A DNA stretch of 64,000 nucleotides from an uncultured delta proteobacterium (lineage in GTDB: Bacteria > Desulfobacterota > Binatia > UBA9968): the NCBI GenBank assembly GCA_963745835.1, contig CAVUZH010000022.1, forward strand, positions 192,001-256,000. The letters are read 5' to 3'. The notes under the pieces were generated by a model, which saw nothing but the letters and a program-made list of their open reading frames with translations, had not been told where the DNA came from and made no database searches. The position numbers were made by a program, and so were the translations under genes. Positions 1 to 9,234 of this stretch are shown here, one piece after another (the first letter of the stretch is position 1; the number at the start of each line of letters is the position of its first letter).

Positions 1-175
1 GCCTTTGTCTGTTTTTGGAGGAAAAAATTCAACTGAGAGTGTTAACCCGGGCTGGGCATAAAGGTCAGCTAATTTCACTAAGGAATATTCCTGATGAATA
101 CCGTAGCCGGATTAACTACTAATAACACAAGGTTATAAGAGATCACAACCGGGATGGCGAGACGGAGGGAGAGTT

Positions 176-583
176 TCAGGAGCCGGTTGCCTTGCGGCGC
201 GCGTCGATGGGATCGCACCCGGAACCGCCCTGACCTGTAATTAGAGGCCGAAGATCTTCTGTATGTTTTAACCACGCCTCTTTGATGTTCTCGGCAACCT
301 CATACAACTCCAGGGTCTCTTTTAAAATCTGCTTGCGCCGAGCGAAGTGACCTCCCATGATTGGGTGCCGGGCATGCGCCCGGTCCAACGGCCGTCCCTG
401 GTATTCTACACTGGCTCCTAGGAAACCGGCCGCAAGTTGGTATTCCATCTCCTTAATGCGGTCTTTGTCGGCTTTGCGAAAGAAAAACCCGATCATCCGG
501 TCGGCAAAAACCCGGTCGATGAATGTGTCAATAATTTTTCTGAGTTTGAGCTCGCCGCCAAGCTGGTCGAAGAGATTCTCCAT
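176..583 (-). CDS. Group 1 truncated hemoglobin (2/2 globin)
   Basis: LFDQLGGE...IIDTFIDRVFAD.MIGFFF, FLGASVEYQGRPLDRAH (proximal His) pattern of trHbN-like globins; last gene of the suf run. Confidence 0.85.
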   Translation of the reverse strand: MENLFDQLGGELKLRKIIDTFIDRVFADRMIGFFFRKADKDRIKEMEYQLAAGFLGASVEYQGRPLDRAHARHPIMGGHFARRKQILKETLELYEVAENIKEAWLKHTEDLRPLITGQGGSGCDPIDARRKATGS

Positions 584-621
584 AGATCGATTTTGATTAT
601 ACAGCCGCGGCTGCCGGGCGC

Positions 622-942
622 CTACATCATCCCAAGCTGAAGCCGTGCCGCCTCAGACATTTTGCTCGGATCCCACGGCGGATCCCAGACCAAGTCAATT
701 TTGACGTCACTCACCCCAGAAACAGCCTTGACCTTCTCTTCAATTTCGGCTGGCATAGATTGGGCGGCCGGACAGTGAGGCGAAGTCAGAGTCATGGTGA
801 TTGTTACCGCGCCACCCTCTTCAACGTTGACGTTGTAAATTAGCCCCAACTCATAAATATTAACAGGAATCTCGGGGTCGAAACAGGTTCTTAGTGCCTC
901 CAAGACTTGGGCTTCAATAACCAGTTCGTTGATACTTTCCAT
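622..942 (-). CDS. DUF59/MIP18 family Fe-S cluster assembly protein
   Basis: DPEIPVNIYELGLIY, TLTSPHCP, LVWDPPW motifs. Confidence 0.92.
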   Translation of the reverse strand: MESINELVIEAQVLEALRTCFDPEIPVNIYELGLIYNVNVEEGGAVTITMTLTSPHCPAAQSMPAEIEEKVKAVSGVSDVKIDLVWDPPWDPSKMSEAARLQLGMM

Positions 943-973
943 AGTTCACTCCAAAATATGCTACGACAGCTAC

Positions 974-1528
974 TTATTCCATTCCCAATTGCAGCTTCGC
1001 GGCTGCAGAGATACGGCTTTGGCTCCAGGGCGGATCCCAGACTAACTCGACGTCGGCTTCCCGTACGCCTGGAACGGCGAGCAACTTGGCCGCGATATCT
1101 CGCTTCAAAACCTCTCCCATCCCACATCCGCGAGCAGTCAGCGTAAATTTAACGCTGGCCCGATAAGCGTTTTCTATGGGGGTCACCGAGCAGTCATAGA
1201 TCAGCCCTAGCTCGACGATATTGACGGGGATCTCGGGGTCAAAGCAAGATCTTAACTGTTCCCAGACGCGGCTCTCGACTGCTTCGATATCATTCGCCAA
1301 ATAGTCCTGGCCAGATTCTCCATCCAGTACCGACTCCAGGCCGATAGCATCGGCGTCTTTTCCCTCGAGACGAACCGTATAACCCCGGTCGGTCATTACC
1401 GTATAACTGCCGCCTAAAGACTGAGTCAGCCATACGGTGCTACCGGAGACCAACTTCAACTTTTCTCCGCTTGGAACCATCAGCACATCACAATCGCGCT
1501 TGACGGTAATGGGTTTTTCAGGTTGCAT
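974..1528 (-). CDS. sufT: Fe-S cluster assembly protein SufT (long form)
   Basis: N-terminal TQSLGGSYTV domain plus DUF59 domain (DPEIPVNIVELGLIY, TLTARGCGMG, VWDPPW). Confidence 0.88.
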   Translation of the reverse strand: MQPEKPITVKRDCDVLMVPSGEKLKLVSGSTVWLTQSLGGSYTVMTDRGYTVRLEGKDADAIGLESVLDGESGQDYLANDIEAVESRVWEQLRSCFDPEIPVNIVELGLIYDCSVTPIENAYRASVKFTLTARGCGMGEVLKRDIAAKLLAVPGVREADVELVWDPPWSQSRISAAAKLQLGME

Positions 1529-1555
1529 GCCATCTCCCTCCTGCGCCGTGCAGCA

Positions 1556-2011
1556 TCACTCTGTTGAAGCAACCTTGTCGCTTCCCTTCAATGCCGCATT
1601 CATAGTATGCCAAGCCAAACTGGCGCATTTCACTCGCGCCGGGAATTTGCATACTCCCGACAATATCTTTAGTTTACCAAGGCGTTCGAGATCGCTTTCC
1701 TCCGCACCCGCCTCACCCGTAAGCATCTTGTGGACAGTGTCAAACACTCTTTCCGCTTCAGCCTCCGACTTGCCCTTCAGCTCGGTAGTCATCATTGAAG
1801 CGGATGCCTTGGAGATGGCGCACCCGGATCCCTTGAAGCTGATGTCCCGAATCACTCCGTCTGCCAAGTTAACAAAGACCGTCACGTGGTCGCCGCACAG
1901 AGGGTTGTAGCCTTCGGATCGGCGATTGGCATCCACTATCTCACGGAAGTTACGTGGACTTTTGTTGTGATCCAAGATCACTTCTTGGTAAAGCTCATCC
2001 AATTCTGACAT
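1556..2011 (-). CDS. sufU: SUF system NifU-family protein SufU
   Basis: ELYQEVILDH, NPLCGD, GSGCAISKASAS, RVKCASLAWH. Confidence 0.95.
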   Translation of the reverse strand: MSELDELYQEVILDHNKSPRNFREIVDANRRSEGYNPLCGDHVTVFVNLADGVIRDISFKGSGCAISKASASMMTTELKGKSEAEAERVFDTVHKMLTGEAGAEESDLERLGKLKILSGVCKFPARVKCASLAWHTMNAALKGSDKVASTE

Positions 2012-3273
2012 TAACTAAATACCTTCAACACTCGATGAATTCCTCGCACCAGCGCGTCCACGTCGTCACGATTGTTGTAGAAAGCAAAGGATGCGCGTGC
2101 CGTTGCCGGCACGCCGAATCGCTGCATCACCGGCATGGCGCAATGATGTCCAGCTCGTATGGCGACTCCTTCTTGGTCGAGAATGGTGCCGACGTCATGG
2201 GCGTGGATATGATCGGAAACAAATGACAGAACGCCGGCTTTGTCCTTGGCTGAACCGATTATCCTGATTGATTCGATCTCCGACAGCGCATTCGTTGCGT
2301 ATGCGAGCAGGTCGCTTTCGTGCGCGCAAACCTCATCCCAGTTAAGGCCATTCAAATAGTCGATCGCCGCTCCCAATCCTATACCGCCTGCGATGTTGGG
2401 CGTCCCGGCTTCAAACTTATAGGGTAGCACATTGTAGTGAGTCTTCTCGAAAGTCACCAAGCTGATCATATCCCCGCCACCCTGATAAGGCGGCATAGCG
2501 TCTAACAGCTCGGCCTTTCCATAAAGCACTCCGACGCCGGTAGGTCCGAAAAGCTTATGGCCCGAAAAAGCGTAAAAATCGCAGCCGATATCCTGAACAT
2601 CCACTTTGAAATGTGGCACCGCTTGCGCGCCATCCAATAACACTGGGACGGCTCGCTCATGCGCCAGCCGAACGGCTTCTTTCACAGGCACGATGCTCCC
2701 CAGAGCATTCGATACATGTGTGAGCGAGACCAGTTTAGTGTTCTCGTTTAATAGACGGCGATATTCATCGAGAACAAACTCGCCATCATGATTGATCGGG
2801 ACGACACGTAGGCGCGCACCGATTTGGCCGCATAGGATTTGCCAGGGAACGATATTGGAATGATGCTCCATGGCTGAGATGACGATTTCATCGCCAGCTT
2901 TTAGAAAGCTTCTTCCGTAGCTTTGCGCCACCAGATTGATCGCTTCCGTGGTCCCTCGCACGAAAATAATCTCGTTCCCGCCTTCAGCGTTGATAAACTG
3001 ACGGATCTTTTCTCGCGCCGCCTCATAATTTGCGGTTGCGCGCTCGCTAAGATAATGCACGCCACGATGAATGTTGGAGTTTTCCGACTTGTAGTAACGA
3101 TTCAGGGCGTCGATGACGACCTGCGGCTTCTGACTGGTAGCGCCGTTATCGAGATAAACCAACGGCTTGCCATGAACCCGCTCTTTGAGGATCGGAAAAT
3201 CTCGTCGAATCTTATCGACGTTGAAACTCTCAGTGCCCGACTGCGGCGATCGTTTTTCCCGAGCAGCTTTCAT
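2011..3273 (-). CDS. sufS: Cysteine desulfurase SufS
   Basis: VYLDNGATSQKP, FSGHKLFGPTG (PLP Lys), RAGHHCA; start moved to ATG 3273, just after the sufD stop. Confidence 0.95.
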   Translation of the reverse strand: MKAAREKRSPQSGTESFNVDKIRRDFPILKERVHGKPLVYLDNGATSQKPQVVIDALNRYYKSENSNIHRGVHYLSERATANYEAAREKIRQFINAEGGNEIIFVRGTTEAINLVAQSYGRSFLKAGDEIVISAMEHHSNIVPWQILCGQIGARLRVVPINHDGEFVLDEYRRLLNENTKLVSLTHVSNALGSIVPVKEAVRLAHERAVPVLLDGAQAVPHFKVDVQDIGCDFYAFSGHKLFGPTGVGVLYGKAELLDAMPPYQGGGDMISLVTFEKTHYNVLPYKFEAGTPNIAGGIGLGAAIDYLNGLNWDEVCAHESDLLAYATNALSEIESIRIIGSAKDKAGVLSFVSDHIHAHDVGTILDQEGVAIRAGHHCAMPVMQRFGVPATARASFAFYNNRDDVDALVRGIHRVLKVFS

Positions 3274-3277
3274 GTTC

Positions 3278-4597
3278 TTAGCTTTGGCTCCGTTTAAACT
3301 TTGTAAGCATGTAATCATCCAGCCGTGCCCGAAGCGGTGCGATGCGCACTCGCCCGACGAGATCACTGGCAAACGCGTAGCTCAGAAGACTCTGGGCCTC
3401 GGCTCTATCCAAGCCGCGGGACCTGAGATAAAAAAGCGCATCTTTGTCGAGTTGTCCAATTGTAGAGCCGTGGCTGCACTTCACATCATCGGCGTGGATT
3501 TCCAACTGCGGCTTGGTGTTTACTACCGCATGTTCAGAGAGTAGCAAGTTCTTATTGGTCTGCCGAGCGTCCGTTTTCTGAGCGTCTTTATGCACGAGAA
3601 TCTTGCCGTTGAACACCGCGTGGGCGGCACCGCTGAGAATCCCTTTATATAGTTCCTGGCTAGTTGCACGCGGCTTGGCATGTTCAATTTCGGTGTGATT
3701 GTCGACATGCTGATTGTCAGCGGGCAGGTAAAGACCGTTCAACACACATTCAGATCCTTCCCCGTCAAGCAGCACATGGATATCGTTGCGGATGAGTGCA
3801 CCGTTGAGAGTCACGGAATGGGCCGTAAAGCTGCAATCGCGGCCGACATTCGCCTCCAGAGCGGCGATGAGATAACCGGAGCTCGATTCATTCTGCAGAC
3901 GGTAATGATCGATGACCGACCCGGCTCCACCAACAACCTCCGTGACGACATTAGTTAGAGTCGGCTGCTCGCCCAGACCGATGTAGGCTTCGACGATACG
4001 CGCTTGGCTTCCCGCTTCGAAAACAATCAAATTCCGCGGGTGCGACATGACCGGATTGCTGCTTCCGAACGAACAGAAAACCAGATAGATCGGTTCGTTC
4101 AGCGCAAGGTCTTTTGGAATCGATATGACCGCGCCCTCTGCGGCAAACGCCGTATTCAAAGCAACGAAAGGCTGCTCGCGAGACACCGAGTTTTCGGTTA
4201 AATGAGGCCTGAGAGTTGAATCATTGGCTGACAATATTGCCGCAAGATTTTTTACCTGCACCCCTGTCGGCAGCTCGCGGATGGATGAAAATTGCGGGCA
4301 AAAGACCCCATTTACGAAGACAATTCGATTGTACGCCGGGTCGGTGAAGGACGGGCCATAGAGATCTTCCGTCCGCAACAGTTTGGCTTCTCCGTTAGCT
4401 GCCGCGAAATTAGTCGAGACGATGGGCTCGACGCTGGTATAGCGCCAGTCTTCATGACGTGTGGTCGGAAGTCCCAATTGAACGAAGCTGTCAATCGCTG
4501 TTCGTCGTAAGTCCTTCAACCATTCGGGCGTTGTCGCGGATTTCTGTTGAAACCGCTCGAAAGCAGAAAGGAATTGCTGGGTGCGGGAATTGACCAT
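3278..4597 (-). CDS. sufD: Fe-S cluster assembly protein SufD
   Basis: GLPTTRHEDWRYT N-terminus; KPQLEIHADDVKCSHGSTIG and LFYLRSRG. Confidence 0.92.
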   Translation of the reverse strand: MVNSRTQQFLSAFERFQQKSATTPEWLKDLRRTAIDSFVQLGLPTTRHEDWRYTSVEPIVSTNFAAANGEAKLLRTEDLYGPSFTDPAYNRIVFVNGVFCPQFSSIRELPTGVQVKNLAAILSANDSTLRPHLTENSVSREQPFVALNTAFAAEGAVISIPKDLALNEPIYLVFCSFGSSNPVMSHPRNLIVFEAGSQARIVEAYIGLGEQPTLTNVVTEVVGGAGSVIDHYRLQNESSSGYLIAALEANVGRDCSFTAHSVTLNGALIRNDIHVLLDGEGSECVLNGLYLPADNQHVDNHTEIEHAKPRATSQELYKGILSGAAHAVFNGKILVHKDAQKTDARQTNKNLLLSEHAVVNTKPQLEIHADDVKCSHGSTIGQLDKDALFYLRSRGLDRAEAQSLLSYAFASDLVGRVRIAPLRARLDDYMLTKFKRSQS

Positions 4598-4617
4598 TAC
4601 TTGACTTCTCGAACCGT

Positions 4618-5376
4618 TTATTGCGCAGCCGCCGCTTCGGCCTTGATCCAGTCGTAGCCTTTAACTTCAAGCTCAAGCGCTAGTTCCTTAGTGCCGGATT
4701 TAACGATTCTTCCGTCATGGAGAACGTGAATATAATCTGGCACGATGTAGTTCAACAAACGTTGATAATGCGTGATCACGATCATCGCACGGTCCTTTTT
4801 TCGCAACGCATTGACCCCACCGGCGACGATCCTCAGCGCGTCGATGTCGAGTCCGGAATCGGTTTCATCGAGAATTGCCAGCTTTGGGTCCAGTACGGCC
4901 ATTTGCACAATCTCATTGCGCTTTTTCTCACCGCCGGAGAATCCTTCATTCAGAGGCCGATTAAGCAGAGCTTGATCCATCTCGACCAATTTCATTTTTT
5001 CTTTGATTAACGAAAGAAACTCCATGGCATCCAATTCATCTAGCCCTTGATGCTTGCGTACGGCATTCAAAGCAGCTTTAAGAAAATAAGTGGTGCTGAC
5101 TCCAGGAATCTCTACGGGGTATTGAAAGGCCAGAAAAATTCCCTCGCGCGCTCTCTCCTCTGGGCTCATCTCCAACAGATTTTTGCCGTTGTAAAGAATC
5201 TCACCATCCGTGACTTGATAGTTTTCCCGCCCCGACAGCACGTGAGCCAGCGTGCTCTTGCCTGAGCCATTCGGTCCCATAATTCCGTGCACTTCCCCGG
5301 CGCCGACGGTCAGATTGATTCCGCGGAGAATTTCCTGCTCGCCAACCGTGGCCCTGAGATTCTTAATTTCCAACAT
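4618..5376 (-). CDS. sufC: Fe-S cluster assembly ATPase SufC
   Basis: GPNGSGKST, FQYPVEIPGV, FSGGEKKRNE, LDETDSGLDIDAL. Confidence 0.97.
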   Translation of the reverse strand: MLEIKNLRATVGEQEILRGINLTVGAGEVHGIMGPNGSGKSTLAHVLSGRENYQVTDGEILYNGKNLLEMSPEERAREGIFLAFQYPVEIPGVSTTYFLKAALNAVRKHQGLDELDAMEFLSLIKEKMKLVEMDQALLNRPLNEGFSGGEKKRNEIVQMAVLDPKLAILDETDSGLDIDALRIVAGGVNALRKKDRAMIVITHYQRLLNYIVPDYIHVLHDGRIVKSGTKELALELEVKGYDWIKAEAAAAQ

Positions 5377-5397
5377 TGAATTCCTTCCAAGCCCAAA

Positions 5398-5889
5398 TCA
5401 GCCAACTCTCTGGATGGCTGCTTTTTCCAAGCGCTCCTTGAGGCCGTGCCTATCGGCGATCTCGCGAATCGAAACTCCGCCAAGAAACTTAGCCAGTATC
5501 GCCTGGGCTTCTTGCCAAATTGATTTTTGCGAGCACACCGAACAATACGAGCAGTAATCAGCCCCCTTTTCCAAGCATTCCATCAGCACTAAGGGTCGCT
5601 CAACGACTTCGTAGACATTTTTGATGCTGATTGTGTTCGGCGCTTTCGCCAGCGTGAAGCCGCCCTTGGATCCGATGTGCGAAGAGACCAGTCCCCCAGC
5701 GACGAGATCCTTCATGATCTTTGAAAGATAGAACGACGGAATATCCTGGCTCTTTTCGATATCTGCCCGGCTGACGATCTTGCCGGAAGGCTGCCCCGCT
5801 AGATAGGCGAGGGCGCGAACCGCGTAATCCACGCGTCGTCCGACGTTCATCAACGAACTGCGTTCGCTCCTCGCCCTGGGTTTCTTCAT
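5398..5889 (-). CDS. Rrf2-family transcriptional regulator (IscR-like, Cys-rich)
   Basis: DYAVRAL, YLSKIMKDL, GSKGGFTLA, ECLEKGADYCSYCSVC; alternative start near 5850. Confidence 0.92.
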   Translation of the reverse strand: MKKPRARSERSSLMNVGRRVDYAVRALAYLAGQPSGKIVSRADIEKSQDIPSFYLSKIMKDLVAGGLVSSHIGSKGGFTLAKAPNTISIKNVYEVVERPLVLMECLEKGADYCSYCSVCSQKSIWQEAQAILAKFLGGVSIREIADRHGLKERLEKAAIQRVG

Positions 5890-5899
5890 GTGCTATCTG

Positions 5900-5929
5900 A
5901 ATATAGACTCCTTAGGTCTTTTATGTCAA
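5900..5929 (-). promoter_or_regulatory. Sigma70-type promoter of the Rrf2-suf operon with overlapping palindromic operator
   Basis: Minus strand TTGACA-N18-TATATT; imperfect palindrome ATAAAAGAC-N7-GTCTATAT spans the spacer and -10. Confidence 0.6.
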
Positions 5930-6013
5930 GGTAGCGCACTCGTTGATTTATACAGTGAGTGACACGCTTCCGCGCGCCCCACCTCTATGCTATGAGATTT
6001 CAATTAGGAACCT

Positions 6014-6547
6014 ATGTCGATCCTTAAAGTTGCGCGCCTCGGCCATCCGGTTTTGCGTAAAGTAGCCGAACCGCTTTCGGAAAAAGAACTCCGGTCCGAT
6101 GTCACTCGTCAGTTTATCAGTGATATGATCGAAACCATGAAGGAATACGACGGCGTCGGTCTGGCCGCCGATCAGGTTCATGTCTCGAAACAGATCGCCG
6201 TCCTTGAAGTCGCCGACAACCCGCGTTACCCCGGAAAACCTCTGGTGCCGTTGACCGTCCTGATCAATCCCATCATCACACCGCTCACGGAAGAGTTTGA
6301 AGACGATTGGGAAGGTTGTCTCAGCATTCCCGATATGCGAGGTAAAGTGCCGCGCTACAAATCCATCAGAGTCCAAGCCTTGGACCCTAACGGCGCGCCC
6401 TTGGATTTTGTCGCCAGCGGGTTTCATGCCCGCGTGGTTCAGCATGAGTGGGATCACCTGAACGGTAAAGTTTACCTCGACCGCATGCCGGACTTGTCGA
6501 CCCTCAGTTTTATCACCGAGTTTGCCCGCTACTGGCTTGGTAAATAG
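6014..6547 (+). CDS. def: Peptide deformylase
   Basis: GVGLAADQ, EGCLS, QHEWDHLNG motifs. Confidence 0.96.
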   Translation: MSILKVARLGHPVLRKVAEPLSEKELRSDVTRQFISDMIETMKEYDGVGLAADQVHVSKQIAVLEVADNPRYPGKPLVPLTVLINPIITPLTEEFEDDWEGCLSIPDMRGKVPRYKSIRVQALDPNGAPLDFVASGFHARVVQHEWDHLNGKVYLDRMPDLSTLSFITEFARYWLGK

Positions 6548-6603
6548 CTACGGCTGGAACTCGATTGATTGTCTTTGAAAAAGTGAAAGGATAGAGTCGC
6601 GCC

Positions 6604-7896
6604 ATGAATTTTCCACACCTACAGGAGTCTCTTGATCGGGTCATGTCGATGGTCAACCCGCTCATTGGAGACATACTCGATCGCGCGCTCTCCGGCGCGG
6701 ACATTTCTGCCGAAGAAGCAACTCGGCTGTTTGAGGCGGACGGCGCCGACCTTCCGGCTATGATCTTGGCAGCCAATCATCTGCGCGCTGAAACAGTCGG
6801 CGATGTCGTCACCTATGTGATTAATCGCAATATCAACTTCACTAACGTGTGCGTCAAAGCATGCGGTTTCTGCGCCTTTAGCCGCGGTCATTTAGCCGAA
6901 GAGGGCTATTTCCTGCCGGTCGAAGAAATCATTCGACGCGGCCAGGAAGCGAGAGAATTGGGCGCTACGGAAATCTGTGTGCAGGCTGGTTTAGCGCCCG
7001 GAATCGATGGCTGGCACTATATAAAGCTGTGTCGCGCGCTAAAAGAGGCTTTGCCCGATATCCATATTCACGGGTTTTCTCCGGAAGAGGTGTTGTACGG
7101 ATCGACTCTTTCGGGTCTCTCCATTCGCGACTATTTGACGGCCTTGAAAGATGCGGGAGTGGGAAGCCTGCCCGGCACCTCCGCGGAAATTTTGGTTGAC
7201 GAAGTTCGCCAGCAAATATCTCCCGGGCGAATCACGACTGCGCAATGGGTTGAGCTCATTCAGGCCGCTCACGAACTGGGAATCCCAACTACCTCGACGA
7301 TCATGTATGGGCATTTGGAAACAGCCCAACATAAGGCCGCGCACCTCGTCATCCTCCGCGATATCCAAAAACAAACCGGGGGGATTACCGAATTCGTGCC
7401 GCTGAGCTTTGTTTATGAGGAGGCGCCGATCTCTCGCCGGAACAAGATCGCCGGCCTTCGTACTGGCGCCACTGGCTCCGAAGTCATGAAAATGTACGCG
7501 GTATCTCGATTGATGCTGAATAAGTGGATACCCAACCTACAAGTCTCTTGGGTCAAAGAAGGCCCAAAGCTATCGCAGATTGCTTTGCTGGCAGGGGCTA
7601 ATGATTTCGGCGGCACCCTGATCAACGAAAGCATTTCTACCGCCGCCGGCGCGAGCTACGGGCAACTGATGAAGCCCTCACAGTTCCGGGATTTGATCCG
7701 CCAAATGGGGCGCATACCCGCTGAACGGTCGACGACCTATAAGGACATCAGGGTATTTGAGACAGAGAATGGTTCTGTCGATCTGCTCGATCAAGTGAAC
7801 GACCCGTCAGAACGGTTCGGCTCCTATCGAAACCTGATTGCTTTAAAACACTTTCGCTTCAAAGAGTTCTATAGCGAACAAAAAAACAAGCATTGA
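6604..7896 (+). CDS. cofH: FO synthase subunit CofH (radical SAM)
   Basis: NRNINFTNVCVKACGFCAF; NLQVSWVK; GANDFGGTLINESISTAAGA, closer to CofH than MqnC/MqnE. Confidence 0.82.
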   Translation: MNFPHLQESLDRVMSMVNPLIGDILDRALSGADISAEEATRLFEADGADLPAMILAANHLRAETVGDVVTYVINRNINFTNVCVKACGFCAFSRGHLAEEGYFLPVEEIIRRGQEARELGATEICVQAGLAPGIDGWHYIKLCRALKEALPDIHIHGFSPEEVLYGSTLSGLSIRDYLTALKDAGVGSLPGTSAEILVDEVRQQISPGRITTAQWVELIQAAHELGIPTTSTIMYGHLETAQHKAAHLVILRDIQKQTGGITEFVPLSFVYEEAPISRRNKIAGLRTGATGSEVMKMYAVSRLMLNKWIPNLQVSWVKEGPKLSQIALLAGANDFGGTLINESISTAAGASYGQLMKPSQFRDLIRQMGRIPAERSTTYKDIRVFETENGSVDLLDQVNDPSERFGSYRNLIALKHFRFKEFYSEQKNKH

Positions 7897-7940
7897 ACAT
7901 TTGATCGCAAATCCAACATTTTCTAAAAGCCGCCGCTGGT

Positions 7941-8585
7941 ATGCAAGGTAACCCTGCGAGTTTCGACGCAATCGGAAACCGTCTAGGTTTCAGCATCGCT
8001 GAAAGCAATAGTCAACGTTTGCAACTAATCTGGCGCGGCCCAAGATTTCCCGCTTATCTCTGTTTGAGTCTTGCCATCCTCTTGTTGTTCATTTCCGTGC
8101 CGATCGTTGGGGCCATTCGCCTGCGTGGTTTCGTCGGTCCGGCAGCGTCGCTGTGGTATTTCCCGGTCATGAACATGATTCTTTTCGGCATCGCTTGCTA
8201 CTTGCTGACATTGAAGAGAACCATCTTGTTCGATCATCACGGGCAGAAAATAATTCTGACGAACCAGAGCCTGTTCAATCGATCATTGCTGTCGGCCAGC
8301 TATTCCGAAATTGAACGAATTAATCTCGGCGTCGATCAGGTGTACAACGGCTTCGCCGTAGCTGGATCCTCAGCGGCGCAACGGTTCCCCGTTCCGTCGC
8401 TGCGCTTGTTCCTGGTTAACGGTGACAGCGTACTGTTGGACCGTGGCAGCCGCGCAAGATTGAGAGAACTCGGGATGCAAATCGGCGAGCGATTGGAGAA
8501 GCCTTTGCAGATCGATGCACGATTAGAACTCGAGAAAACCGGGGCAGTGAAATCTCACGAGGAAGCCGAACGCGCAAGAATCTGA
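7941..8585 (+). CDS. Hypothetical membrane protein (2 TM)
   Basis: 214 aa ORF with two hydrophobic segments. Confidence 0.65.
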   Translation: MQGNPASFDAIGNRLGFSIAESNSQRLQLIWRGPRFPAYLCLSLAILLLFISVPIVGAIRLRGFVGPAASLWYFPVMNMILFGIACYLLTLKRTILFDHHGQKIILTNQSLFNRSLLSASYSEIERINLGVDQVYNGFAVAGSSAAQRFPVPSLRLFLVNGDSVLLDRGSRARLRELGMQIGERLEKPLQIDARLELEKTGAVKSHEEAERARI

Positions 8586-9184
8586 TGTAATTGCCCGACC
8601 GCTTTTTTTACGCCATCCATCATAAGCTGCTCTGCGCTCAACCATCGAAAACCGCGCTGGCTGATATCACCCAAGCCAAAGATGTTTTCGCTTAGAGGCT
8701 TCTGGGTTTCATCGAATTGCGCCGACCAGATCACGTCGCCGCGCTGAACGTCGATAAGATCCAGGACGAAGGCTACCGACGCGGGGCTCTTAACTCCCCA
8801 ATCATCGCCGACACGCTCCCGAAATCGTTGTACCCTTCCGACCATAACGGCATCGGCAAAAACCATCTCGCCGATTTGTCGAAGACGCGCTGCATCCGTA
8901 GTTGACGGCTTCATTTGCTCGACCTGCTTAACCTCGCTTTCAGCGACAATCTGCCAGTTGGGCAAGGAGGCCATTGCCGAGTAGAGCTGTTTGGCGAGCA
9001 TTTCAGGAGGATTGTTCTGTTGCGATTGCGCCTGTTCCGGCGCACCGGACGTTTCAGGTGGAAGCACAGCGATACGTCTGATCCGACGCGATTCTAAATC
9101 GAGGGAGCGCTTACTTTGCAGGTTTCCAGATCCGAAACTGCAGCCGGAGAGAAGTGTAAGAGCAATTGCAATAATCTTGAGCAT
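8555..9184 (-). CDS. Putative lipoprotein
   Basis: Signal peptide with lipobox LSGC; follows aspS. Confidence 0.75.
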   Translation of the reverse strand: MLKIIAIALTLLSGCSFGSGNLQSKRSLDLESRRIRRIAVLPPETSGAPEQAQSQQNNPPEMLAKQLYSAMASLPNWQIVAESEVKQVEQMKPSTTDAARLRQIGEMVFADAVMVGRVQRFRERVGDDWGVKSPASVAFVLDLIDVQRGDVIWSAQFDETQKPLSENIFGLGDISQRGFRWLSAEQLMMDGVKKAVGQLHQILARSASS

Positions 9185-9234
9185 GGTGATTCGTTACCTT
9201 CGATGTCAATATTGAACAATCATTTGGATCGGCA

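Noticed and set aside
3274-3372. N-terminal extension of SufS in the ORF track
   Set aside because: Overlaps sufD; ATG at 3273 is the more plausible start
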